From Antedon mediterranea (taxonomy: Eukaryota > Animalia > Echinodermata): a stretch of DNA of 64,000 bases. This document shows positions 1 through 12,600 of this stretch, one piece after another. Numbering within the stretch: the stretch's first letter is position 1; every line of letters starts with the position of its first letter. The stretch spans positions 11,571,888-11,635,887 of the forward strand of contig NC_092676.1 in the NCBI RefSeq assembly GCF_964355755.1, read 5' to 3'. Both the position numbers and the translations under genes were made by a program. Under the pieces are notes generated by a model that ran no database searches, was not told the origin of the DNA, and saw only the letters and a list, made by a program, of their open reading frames with translations.

Positions 1-114
1 TAATTTACTATAAAACGTACATTTAAGACAAGGAATGACATGGTTTAATGTTTTTAAAGTGATATATATGTATTATTTTCCAAAAAACGTCCAAAATTGC
101 AGGGAAGGGGTCTT

Positions 115-261
115 TAAGATCCGTCTACACTATCAAACTAGTGTAAACGAAGAAAGTGTGATGTGCCCAAATATGGTAGTGATATGACGTCAACATGTCC
201 ATATATGGGCATATCACATTTTCTTTGTCACGTAAAGTTTGATAGTGTAGACAGAGCTTTA
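115..261. mobile_element. Palindromic MITE, probably PIF/Harbinger-derived
   Basis: Left GTCTACACTATCAAAC and right GTTTGATAGTGTAGAC are inverted repeats. Inner arms (gtgatgtgccca / tgggcatatcac) also pair. Ends lie in a TAA/TTA context. Confidence 0.75.
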
Positions 262-282
262 GAAATGCTATTATTTTAATTT

Positions 283-1577
283 CTATTCTTCACATTTTGC
301 AAGTTCAGTCTCAATCTCAAAAATCGCATCGCTAATTACCTTTTTAATTTGGATTTGTTTCACCTTTGGGAAGGTTTCAACAGTTTTGAATGCAGATTCA
401 AAAAAATATGCTAATGCATTTTTCTCTCCTGCCTTTTTCCCTGAAAAATAATCAATTAATACAGCATTCACATCTTAATTTTTGGCTAATTTTCTTTTTG
501 CGGGAGTATGTTTTGGTTTTGAGGTACTGGGAATAAATAATAATAATAATTTCCGATGATGTTCCTTCTTGATCGTCTTGAATAACCTCACGACCATCCA
601 ATATAGCAGTGAGAAGGTTTTCGCACTCATCCGGCAAATTGAAATTACTGGTGCTTCTGTAAAACATTAAAAGCAAATGATCAAGGTTATTTTCAAATTC
701 TTGCCTCTCTGTGCATCCTCCATCTGTTCTCACTATATAATAAGTCAGATAGTTTTGGTGTAAAATTGATGTGAACACTTATATTAATTTATTTTAAATG
801 TAGTCGACAACTAATATTTGGTCATAGTGGAGGGGAGTTTATTCAAGGATGTAAAGTAGAATGAGTTATAATACCTTCTTGTACTGACAAATCCATTTAA
901 AAATTGCATTTGGTCAGCCCACTTATACTTTCTAAGCTTTCCAGTCAGTCCCTGCCCACTGCGACTCATTTGTCCAACTTTTCTTAAGTATGCAACATAG
1001 GCATCCTTGATATTTGTAAACTTCTTAGATAATATTTGACCTGAAAAAAGGGGATGTTTATAAAATAAAAATGTTGCAAACAATACTGTTGGGATAATTT
1101 GATACAGTACATAACTATTGATAAATGACATGGCAATCAGTTTCTGTTATATTTATAGATACAGCTTTAATAAAGTTGTTTTATTGAACACAATGTAAAC
1201 AAATTTTGCCATATTTTTTTTTGTCCATGCTACTACAGCATTTTTAAAACAATTTATCCAATCCAAGTACATCATCAATCATTGACCAACAAAATATATA
1301 TAATATTACTGTATGTGTAAAGAGTTACATCTATACAGTCAAACAATTTTGATAAGTCAAGCTTAATTTACTGTTTTATACATAATTTAATACATAACAC
1401 ATTAAGGTCAAATCTGAGAGGCTTACCAGATTCAACTTCAACTTTAATAGCGATTTCATCCCACACATCATTTTTATGTCGAACATCTTTGTATCGCTTG
1501 TCTGACAGATCATATAGGACGCTATTCTTTTCCACTTCTATGATTAGTTGTTCAGTCTGTTCTTCTGTAAGAGCCAT
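283..1577 (-). pseudogene. MADF (Myb/SANT-like, Adf-1 type) protein with a BESS-like C-terminus; 3 exons, disrupted
   Basis: Exons 1577-1427, 1040-875 and 656-283 have GT-AG sites and compatible phases. They give MALTEEQTEQLIIEVEKNSVLYDLSDKRYKD...NDVWDEIA...KKFTNIKDAY...YKWADQMQFL (MADF). The C-terminus FFESAFKTVETFPKVKQIQIKKVISDAIFEIE is BESS-like. There is a frameshift at the (TAA)n run near 540 and an in-frame stop near 478. Confidence 0.7.
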
Positions 1578-2342
1578 TTCTAAATAATAACGGTAGTTTA
1601 AAAAATATATTAATTGAATAGAAAGGTGTATAGTACTAGGTAGGCCTACCTAACTATATAACTTACTAACAATACTTAATACTCAATTATTATTATTGCA
1701 CTTGTCTTTTGTCAAACTCAGTTGGGATAAGCAGAAGGAATACTGAAAATTAATCCCCCATCACTTATGAAAAATACATAGGCCAAGGTTGTTTTTTGGG
1801 AGGGATTAAACCAAAAAAGAAAGAATAAAAAACATTTGTTTTAAAATCAAAGACACTAGGCCTAGGGTATAGCCTAGGCCTACTAGAAATAATTTAGATA
1901 AGCAGGATTATCATTTTATTTAACAAAGGTGGTCTATCCAGATGGCTGAAGCTGATCATTATAACCCTCTCACTAGCCTAGCCTACTTACAATCGTCAAT
2001 ATAATAATTCCTAGTCAATAAAAACAGTTGACATAAAAATAAATCAGGCCTCATAGGCCCTAAATAAATATCGGCCATATCAGATCACAAAATAATATTA
2101 AAAATTAATAAAAGACATCCATTATTAACAAGTAGCCAGGGGGGCCTATCTATAATCTAAGGCCTCTAGGCTAGGCCTAGCCTAATAATTATAATAATTC
2201 TATTCGCAGTAACTAGCCTAGGCCTAACTTAGCCTAGGCTAGGCCTAGCTAGTTTCCTTGTTAAATTTATAAAAAAACATTAGGCATATAGGGCTAAAAC
2301 CGGCAAAAGATAGTCCATCCAAGGTAGGTTTAAGAAAGTTAG

Positions 2343-2866
2343 ATTGCTATAAGGGGTCTATAACCGGTCTTAGCGCTTAGCCGGCTATAATTCGTGACGT
2401 AGAAAGTAGTCTAACATTATAGACCATTGCTATACCGCGGTCTAACCTGTAAACGGTCTTTAAAATTAAAGCCTACTCGAAGGAGTCTTAAAACAGTCAT
2501 AAACCTCTCTTTTTGTTGCTTTTACGTATTATTTATCGTCAAAGACAACCAATAGAACGAGTTTTAAGTGTTAAATCAAATAATAACGGTGATTTTATTC
2601 TTATATAGCCCTAGAATAGATTTTCTTGCGTAGAAATGTACATACTGTTATGATTGTGAATTGAACAAGCGTGACGAACATTACCTTATTTGGTATTTTA
2701 CGCGCAAAGTACGCCCTCAATTTGTTACTTTACGCGGTCTTATCTAAGACTGTTTTATAGCAATGGTCTAACAGGGGTGGCTTTAGTAAGACCGTCTATC
2801 AGATAAAGCCGGCTTTAATCGGGGAGTTAAGACCATTAGTTAAGACTGTTTTATAGCAATCCGCCC
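2343..2866. mobile_element. Harbinger-like MITE with truncated left end, inserted in the TIR region of element A copy 1
   Basis: Starts ATTGCTATAA and ends TTATAGCAATCCGCCC, with internal repeats TAAGACTGTTTTATAGCAAT. It interrupts ...AAGAAAGTTAG|CTGGACTATCTCAAG, which is nearly contiguous in element A copy 3. Confidence 0.6.
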
Positions 2867-2889
2867 CTGGACTATCTCAAGAATAGCTC

Positions 2890-4600
2890 GAAAAAAATGG
2901 CGGCCTGAGGTAAGGTAGGTTACAAGTGTGACAACTTTAAAACGGTATTTAAGAAGCAAAATAATAATAATCATTTTAATAATAATAATTATTTGTATCA
3001 AATTAGTAATTACAACATATATTTAATATAATAAAGTACTTTAGAAAGTAAAAAAATTATATTTAGTAAGTTAATTTAGTGTGTTTAATCTAGGCCTAAA
3101 AGCTAGGCCCACAGCTTTAATTCTGACAGCGCTTGCCTAGGGCGATATTGCCTAGCAACCACCCTATACTGCTAGTGTTAAAATGATTTGTTCTTCATTA
3201 AGCGCACATTTAACATATTTAAAGATGTAAATCACATTATAGCCTATATAATCTTAATTTGTAATAGATTTTACATTATTAACATTTTTGTTTAAAATGA
3301 TGTTAGAGGGATATAGCCTAGCTAGCTAGACCGCAGTCTAAAAGCCTATTTAAGCTAGGCCTACACTTAACTAGGCCTCTCTAGACTATGCCATTGGCTG
3401 AGTCGGTGGGCATTGCAAGGCCCTACTTCAGGTAGTCAGTAAACAGTAGTCTTATTCTATTGTAGGCATACATTGTATTACTTAGTTAGCCTTGTCTAGG
3501 CCTAGACTGGAATGAATGCAGTGTTAGGTATTTTCAAAATATTGGATCAATTTACATAGATAGGGCATCCTGTTGAATTAATTTTAATTTGGCATAGTTT
3601 AGTTTAGTTTAGTTATAATGGGAAAGTTTAGGCGATGCCTTTTTAACCCCACATATCAACTACATTGTGTCGAAATGCAATAGACCTAGGCTAATAAATA
3701 GTTAGTAGTAATAATAGATGTATATATTTTAATATCATTTATTTTTCTATTTGGTTTAGACAGCTGAAGAAAAATGTCTGGTTAATATTATATACCTCCA
3801 CTACTGTCCTAGTTACATGGAATGCTGCTGGTCAGGTAAGGTAAGATAAAAATAAAACAATTTACATACAACCTGTTGAATTAATTTTAATTTGGCATAA
3901 TTTAATGTAAATAGGCCTATAGGCTAGGAATAGTTTCAATATTTTTTAGATAATATAGTTTAATTTCATTTATTTTTCTATTGGTTTAGACTGCTGAACA
4001 GATATCTGGTCAATTATATGCCTCCTCCACTACCGTCCTCTTAGGCTATAACATGGAATGATGCTGTTGGTCATGTAAGGTAATAAGATAAAGACAAATA
4101 TTTAAAATGTATTAATAAATTGTCTAAAAAAATTGCATCCTGCAAACTACACAAGGTGGGTGTGGGATTGAAACAAAAAATCCTGGATCCACCCACTGCA
4201 TAGTTATCTAGGAAGGCCTGATTTCTGGATATTTTCATATTAAGTTAAGCGGTATTATTGAAAAATAAATGGAGTGGAGTATTGTGACAAATTATCTAGC
4301 TTGTAAGCCTACAGTTTTTGTTGGCCAGGGCTAAAGATTGTCTATCGTCTACCGCTATTATCTGTACTGTGTTAAAGTTTGGATGTAATATAATTTAACA
4401 TTATATATTTTTTTTAGATACAATTGCTAACAAACCTGGATGGAGCGCAATAATCATGCAGAGAGAAACAGGACTACCAAAAACAATTGTATAGCAAGTT
4501 ATACTTGTGTGGTAATAAATGAAAATAAGAATATCCATATAAAAACAACAAATGAAACTTTTTAAATTACTGTATTGTTTTATTCAAAAACAGTAAATAA
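2890..4600 (+). ncRNA. Putative 4-exon spliced non-coding transcript inside element A
   Basis: YY1-type AAAATGGCGGC followed by donor GAG|GTAAGG (2909/2910). Exons 3760-3835 and 3990-4074 are flanked by T-rich..TAG and GTAAGG. The last exon starts at 4418 with AATAAA near 4514. The first ATGs give only MAA* and MSG*. Expression is not shown. Confidence 0.45.
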
Positions 4601-6694
4601 ATAAATTAAAATACCATATTATTACTGTAGTTTTGTCAGCATGTACATTCATGTTCAGATCACAGAATTCTGTGTAAATCACATTATAGCCTATATAATC
4701 TTAATTTGTAATAGATTTTACATTATTAACATTTTTGTTTAAAATGATGTTAGAGGGATATAGCCTAGCTAGCTAGACCGCAGTCTAACAGCCTATTTAA
4801 GCTAGGCCTACACTTAACTAGGCCTCTCTAGACTATGCCATTGGCTGAGTCGGTGGGCATTGCAAGGCCCTACTTCAGGTAGTCAGTAAACAGTAGTCTT
4901 ATTCTATTGTAGGCATACATTGTATTACTTAGTTAGCCTTGTCTAGGCCTAGACTGGAATGAATGCAGTGTTAGGTATTTTCAAAATATTGGATCAATTT
5001 ACATAGATAGGGCATCCTGTTGAATTAATTTTAATTTGGCATAGTTTAGTTTAGTTATAATGGGAAAGTTTAGGCGATGCCTTTTTAACCCCACATATCA
5101 ACTACATTGTGTCGAAATGCAATAGACCTAGGCTAATAAATAGTTAGTAGTAATAATAGATGTATATATTTTAATATCATTTATTTTTGTATTTGGTTTA
5201 GACAGCTGAAGAAAAATGTCTGGTTAATATTATATGCCTCCACTACTGTCCTAGTTACATGGAATGCTGCTGGTCAGGTAAGGTAAGATAAAAATAAAAC
5301 AATTTACATACAACCTGTTGAATTAATTTTAATTTGGCATAATTTAATGTAAATAGGCCTAGGCTAGGAATAGTTTCAATATTTTTTAGATAATATAGTT
5401 TAATTTCATTTATTTTTCTATTGGTTTAGACTGCTGAACAGATATCTGGTCAATTATATGCCTCCTCCACTACCGTCCTCTTAGGCTATAACATGGAATG
5501 ATGCTGTTGGTCATGTAAGGTAATAAGATAAAGACAAATATTTAAAATGTATTAATAAATTGTCTAAAAAAATTGCATCCTGCAAACTACACAAGGTGGG
5601 TGTGGGATTGAAACAAAAAATCCTGGATCCACCCACTGCATAGTTATCTAGGAAGGCCTGATTTCTGGATATTTTTATATTAAGTTAAGCGGTATTATTG
5701 AAAAATAAATGGAGTGGAGTATTGTGACAAATTATTTAGCTTGTAAGCCTACAGTTTTTGTTGGCCAGGGCTAAAGATTGTCTATCGTCTACCGCTATTA
5801 TCTGTACTGTGTTAAAGTTTGGATGTAATATAATTTAACATTATAATGGCTCGGGCTCAGTATATTAGCAACATTAGGAAATGAAAATTCTCAAAAACAA
5901 ATGTTGACGAAACATTTTATAATTGTTACTAAACTAAAGTGCAACATCTATATTTACTTCTCTGTTATAATATTTATCAATGTAAAATTGTCAACAAAAT
6001 GAATGATCGCAACTGGAATCGTGGTTGTAACCTACGTTACATGTTTTATTTTCGACTTTCAATGTAAACGATTATAAAGGCAACAACATTATATTTCTAT
6101 GAATATGAAACTATACAATAGTGTATGTAATCAAACAAAAACATGTATAATAACTTACATATTGTTACATTCACTAGTACATATTGTATTTTATAGTTTA
6201 TACTTTATTAACATCCATAATAAAATGAGTCGTCAATCAAAGGTTGTTGTTGATTTCTTGTATGTCCGCATACATTCCTGTCTTAAATTCACATAAAATA
6301 ACACTCATTATTGTACTCTATTAAATAGTCATATGACAAAACTGGTTTTATCTTTCTTAGAAAATGTATACTGTGTTACAATTGAGTAACGTAAATTACG
6401 TATTCAGTAACGTAAATTACTGAATTGAAAGATGAATTCGTCATCAAAATAGTTAAATAAAAACAACATTTGTAACTTTTAACAATAAACCTCATTGGTA
6501 TTTTAGATCATTGCCATCACTTTAGTAGGCAAACAAATTATATATTTCATTAAATCATCCTTTTTTTATTTTCTATTAATTCAATGCATATTTTATTAAT
6601 CATAATTATAAAAACTCCCATATGAAAATGTAAATTAGTGAGTTTTATAATGCTAGTGTACATACTATTGTTTTGGTTAATATGATTATTATTA

Positions 6695-9600
6695 TTAGGT
6701 GATCATTTAGAATAAAATGATCACCTATTGTTATTGTATGAAATCTTTATTCTTATTCTTATTATTTATTTCTCTCTGTACAGATTTTGTGTAACAAATA
6801 TCTCAAAAAGTTTAATGTTAATGATTACCAACATTTCACAATGTCTTTCAAATACGTTAACTTAGTCCTAATAAGCTTTTCAGCGTGATCACTCATCCGT
6901 GACGTCACGTATACGCCATTTTGTGAAATCACATTATCAATCATATCTCCATAATTCATTATCACATATTAATGAAAATCACTACACATAAACTTGAGGT
7001 CAAGGTAAAAAATATTAGCAAATAAAAACTCGGGCGTTTCAAGGTCATGCGCGTGAAATCGCGCGTTGAAATTTTAAAAAGCTCAAAATTTAGTTTTTAT
7101 CATTTTAGAGCATGAAATAGGCCATTTGCGTGTTTAAAAAAATTACTGAGCAAAAACACATTTTTGCGCACGCGATTTTTAAAAAGGGTAAAAAATAAAA
7201 TTTGATGTATACATCATATTCTACTCACAATCCTTAGTACATTCTCCGACTTTGAGTCCATTCCGACTTAAAATAACGCTATACGAGCACGTTAAAAATG
7301 ACAAAATGCGCACATTAATTGTACAAAAGTGCTAAAAATGGTAAAAAAATAAGGCCTTTTTAAAATGAATATTACTCTTCAGAATGGCAGGTGACCCCCA
7401 ATTTTTTTAACTTATTATGGAAGCCAATAAGTTGTAGATATAAATATATATACATATTAGACGTACAAAATGGTATGACGTCATCAAATGGCCACTTGAA
7501 TTTAAAAATTAGTAATTATTATCTTTTTTTGTGGGTTATCACATTCAATAGAGCGCATCTCCGTTATTTGAGCCCAATTTTTGCACACATTTTAGTATGT
7601 GCTTGCTCAATTAATTATCTTTCTCATAAGTTGTCAACATTTTTATTTTGATGACGTCATCACGCGTAAAAACTTGAATAACCTAGGTCGTGTAATTTCA
7701 GCTACACCATACATTTGAATATCTTATAGCTCCTCAGAATTAAAGGTGACCTTGAAGATTATAATTTATTATGAAAGCTGATGAAATGTAGATATGAATT
7801 CATATAAAAATTAAGCCTATCGGATGTTGTGATGTTATCATATGGCCAGTTGAAGTTAAAAAGTAGTTTTTAAATTTCTTTAGTCGAAGTTATACAAATT
7901 TCAAAGAGAGCGCATTGCGCTTCTACGTGTCAAATTCTCTTCCAATCCTTATATTTATTTGCTCAATTCATTATCTTTCGAAATTGTCATCTTCGAGTTT
8001 ATTTTGATAATTCCATCATACCAAAAAATTTGAACTTGATGTGTGTCCCATAATTTCACCTATGCTACACTGTATATAGATATACAGTATATACTGTACA
8101 TTGTATATGGCATATAATAGGCATAACTCAGCAATATAAGCGTATAATAGGATGGCATACATCAACATTTTCCTATCGTATGTTAACGTACGTACATGTT
8201 TAAAAAAAATTTATTTCATTAAAATGATAAAAATGATCACCTATAATTCGTCAAAGTGACGAATTAAATTCTAGTTAGGTGATCATTTAGAATAAAATGA
8301 TCACCTATTGTTATTGTATGAAATCTTTATTCTTCTTATTCTTATTATTTATTTCTCTCTGTACAGATTTTGTGTAACAAATATCTCAAAAAGTTTAATG
8401 TTAATGATTACCAAAATTTCACAATGTCTTTCAAATACGTTAACTTAGTCCTAATAAGCTTTTCAGCGTGATCACTCATCCGTGACGTCACGTATACGCC
8501 ATTTTGTGAAATCACATTATCAATCATATCTCCATAATTCATTATCACATATTAATGAAAATCACTACACGTAAACTTGAGGTCAAGGTAAAAAATATTA
8601 GCAAATAAAAACTCGGGCGTTTCAAGGTCATGCGCGTGAAATCGCGCGTTGAAATTTTAAAAAGCTCAAAATTTAGTTTTTATCAATTTAGAGCATGAAA
8701 TAGGCCATTTGCGTGTTTAAAAAAATTACTGCGCAAAAACACATTTTTGCGCACGCGATTTTTAAAAAGGGTAAAAAATAAAATTTGATGTATACATCAT
8801 ATTCTACTCACAATCCTTAGTACATTCTCCGACTTTGAGTCCATTCCGACTTAAAATAACGCTATACGAGCACGTTAAAAATGACAAAATGCGCACATTA
8901 ATTGTACAAAAGTGCTAAAAATGGTAAAAAAATAAGGCCTTTTTAAAATGAATATAACTCTTCAGAATGGCAGGTGACCCCCAATTTTTTTAACTTATTA
9001 TGGAAGCCAATAAGTTGTAGATATAAATATATATACATATTAGATGTACAAAATGGTATGACGTCATCAAATGGCCACTTGAATTTAAAAATTAGTAATT
9101 ATTATCTTTTTGTGTGGGTTATCACATTCAATAGAGCGCATCTCCGTTATTTGAGCCCAATTTTTGCACACATTTTAGTATGTGCTTGCTCAATTAATTA
9201 TCTTTCTCATAAGTTGTCAACATTTTTATTTTGATGACGTCATCACGCGTAAAAACTTGAATAACCTAGGTCGTGTAATTTCAGCTACACCATACATTTG
9301 AATATCTTATAGCTCCTCAGAATTAAAGGTGACCTTGAAGATTATAATTTATTATGAAAGCTGATGAAATGTAGATATGAATTCATATAAAAATTAAGCC
9401 TATCGGATGTTGTGATGTTATCATATGGCCAGTTGAAGTTAAAAAGTAGTTTTTAAATTTCTTTAGTCGAAGTTATACAAATTTCAAAGAGCGCGCATTG
9501 CGCTTCTACGTGTCAAATTCTCTTCCAATCCTTATATTTATTTGCTCAATTCATTATCTTTCGAAATTGTCATCTTCGAGTTTATTATTGATAATTCCAT

Positions 9601-12600
9601 CATACCAAAAAATTTGAACTTGATGTGTGTCCCATAATTTCACCTATGCTACACTGTATATAGATATACAGTATATACTGTACATTGTATATGGCATATA
9701 ATAGGCATAACTCAGCAATATAAGCGTATAATAGGATGGCATACATCAACATTTTCCTATCGTATGTTAACGTACGTACATGTTTAAAAAAAATTAATTT
9801 CATTAAAATGATAAAAATGATCACCTATAATTCGTCAAAGTGACGAATTAAATTCTAGTGAGAAATTGTTTTTGTAAAAAAAAAATGTTTCTTCGCAATT
9901 TCTTTCTGTACAGATTTTGTGTAACAAATATCTCAAAAAGTTTAATGTCAATGATTACCAAAATTTCACAATGTCTTTCAAATACTTTAACTTAGTCCTA
10001 ATAAGCTTTTCAGCGTGATAACTCATCCGTGACGTCATTTATACGCCATTTTGTGAAATCACATTATCAATCATATCTCCATAATTCATTATCACATATT
10101 AACGAAATTCACAACACGTAAACTTCATGTCAAGGGTAAATATATTAGCAAATAAAAACGCACGTGCACGTAGGGTCATGCGCGTGAAATCGCGCGTTAA
10201 AAATTTAAAATGCTCAAAATTAAGTTTTGATCAATTTAGAGCATGAATTAGGCCATTTGCTTGTTTCAAAAAATTACTGCGCAAAAAAAAATTTGCGCGC
10301 GCGATACTTAAAATGAGTAAAAAATATGAATTTTTTTTACAAATCTCATTCTACTCACCATCCTTAGTACATTCACCAAATTTGAGTCAGTTCCGACCTA
10401 AAATAACGCTATACGAGCAGGTTAAAAATGACAAAATGCGCAAATTAATTGCATCAAAGTGATGAAAATGGTGAAAAATAAGGCCTTTTTAAAATGAATA
10501 TAACTCTTCAGAATGGCAGGTGACCCCCAATTTTGTATACTTATTCGGGAAGCCATTTAGTTGTAGATACATATTCATGTACACATTAGACGTACAAAAT
10601 GGTATGACGTCATCAAATGGCCACTTCAATTTAAAAATTAGTAATTTTTATCTTTTTGTGTGGGTTTTCACATTCAATAGAGCGCATCGCCGTTATTTGA
10701 GCCCGATTTTCGCAGAAATTTTAGTATTTGATTGGCTCAAATAATTATCTTTCTCATGAGTTGTCAACATTTTTATTTTGATGACGTCATCACGCGGAAA
10801 ACCATGAATAACCTAGGTCGTGTAATTTCAGCTACACCATACATTTGAATATCTTATAGCTCTTCAGAATTAAAGGTGAACTTGAAGATTATAACTTATT
10901 ATGAAAGCTGATGAAATGTAGATTTGAATTCATATAAAAATTAAGCCTATCGGATGTTGTGATGTTATCATATGGCCAGTTGAAGTTAAAACGTTGTTTT
11001 TAAATTTCTTTAGTCGAAGTTATACAAATTTCAAAGAGCGCGCATTGCGCTTCTACGTGTCAAATTCTCTTCCAATCCTTATATTTATTTGTTCAATTCA
11101 TTATCTTTCGAAATTGTCATCTTGGAGTTTATTTTGATAATTCTATCATACTAAAAAATTTGAACATATGATGTGGGTCCCGTAATTTCACGTATGCTAC
11201 ACTGTATATAGATATACAGTATATATTGTACATATTGTATATGACACATAGGTACAACTCAGCACTATAAGTGTATATGCATCATGTCATAGGATGGCAT
11301 ACATCAACATTTTTCGATTGTGCATGTTTAAAAAAATATTAATGTCAATAACATTATAAAAATGATCACCTATAATTCGTCAAAGTGACGAAATAAATTC
11401 TAGTTAGGTGATCATTTAGAATAAAATGATCACCTATTGTTATTGTATGAAATCTTTATTCTTATTCTTATTATTTATTTCTCTCTGTACAGATTTTGTG
11501 TAACAAATATCTCAAAAAGTTTAATGTTAATGATTACCAAAATTTCACAATGTCTTTCAAATACGTTAACTTAGTCCTAATAAGCTTTTCAGCGTGATCA
11601 CTCATCCGTGACGTCACGTATACGCCATTTTGTGAAATCACATTATCAATCATATCTCCATAATTAATTATCACATATTAATGAAAATCACTACACGTAA
11701 ACTTGAGGTCAAGGTAAAAAATATTAGCAAATAAAAACTCGGGCGTTTCAAGGTCATGCGCGTGAAATCGCGCGTTGAAATTTTAAAAAGCTCAAAATTT
11801 AGTTTTTATCAATTTAGAGCATGAAATAGGCCATTTGCGTGTTTAAAAAAATTACTGCGCAAAAACACATTTTTGCGCACGCGATTTTTAAAAAGGGTAA
11901 AAAATAAAATTTGATGTATACATCATATTCTACTCACAATCCTTAGTACATTCTCCGACTTTGAGTCCATTCCGACTTAAAATAACGCTATACGAGCACG
12001 TTAAAAATGACAAAATTCGCACATTAATTGTACAAAAGTGCTAAAATGGTAAAAAAAGAAGGCCTTTTTAAAATGAATATAACTCTTCAGAATGGCAGGT
12101 GACCCCCAAATTTTTTAACTTATTATGGAAGCCAATAAGTTGTAGATATAAATATATATACATATTAGACGTACAAAATGGTATGACGTCATGAAATGGC
12201 CACTTGAATTTAAAAATTAGTAATTATTATCTTTTTGTGTGGGTTATCACATTCAATAGAGCGCATCTCCGTTATTTGAGCTCAATTTTTGCACACATTT
12301 TAGTATGTGCTTGCTCAATTAATTATCTTTCTCATAAGTTGTCAACATTTTTATTTTGATGACGTCATCACGCGTAAAAACTTGAATAACCTAGGTCGTG
12401 TAATTTCAGCTACACCATACATTTGAATATCTTATAGCTCCTCAGAATTAAAGGTGACCTTGAAGATTATAATTTATTATGAAAGCTGATGAAATGTAGA
12501 TATGAATTCATATTAAAATTAAGCCTATCGGATGTTGTGATGTTGTCATATGGCCAGTTGAAGTTAAAAAGTAGTTTTTAAATTTCTTTAGTCGAAGTTA

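Larger units (their letters stand above)
2291..5845 (+). mobile_element. Element A copy 1 (non-autonomous TIR element, both ends truncated, internal tandem duplication)
   Basis: 2867-4672 matches the reverse complement of ~36975-38747. 2291-2342 matches the TIR-adjacent sequence at 26240-26285. 4673-5845 re-copies ~3225-4405. Confidence 0.85.
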
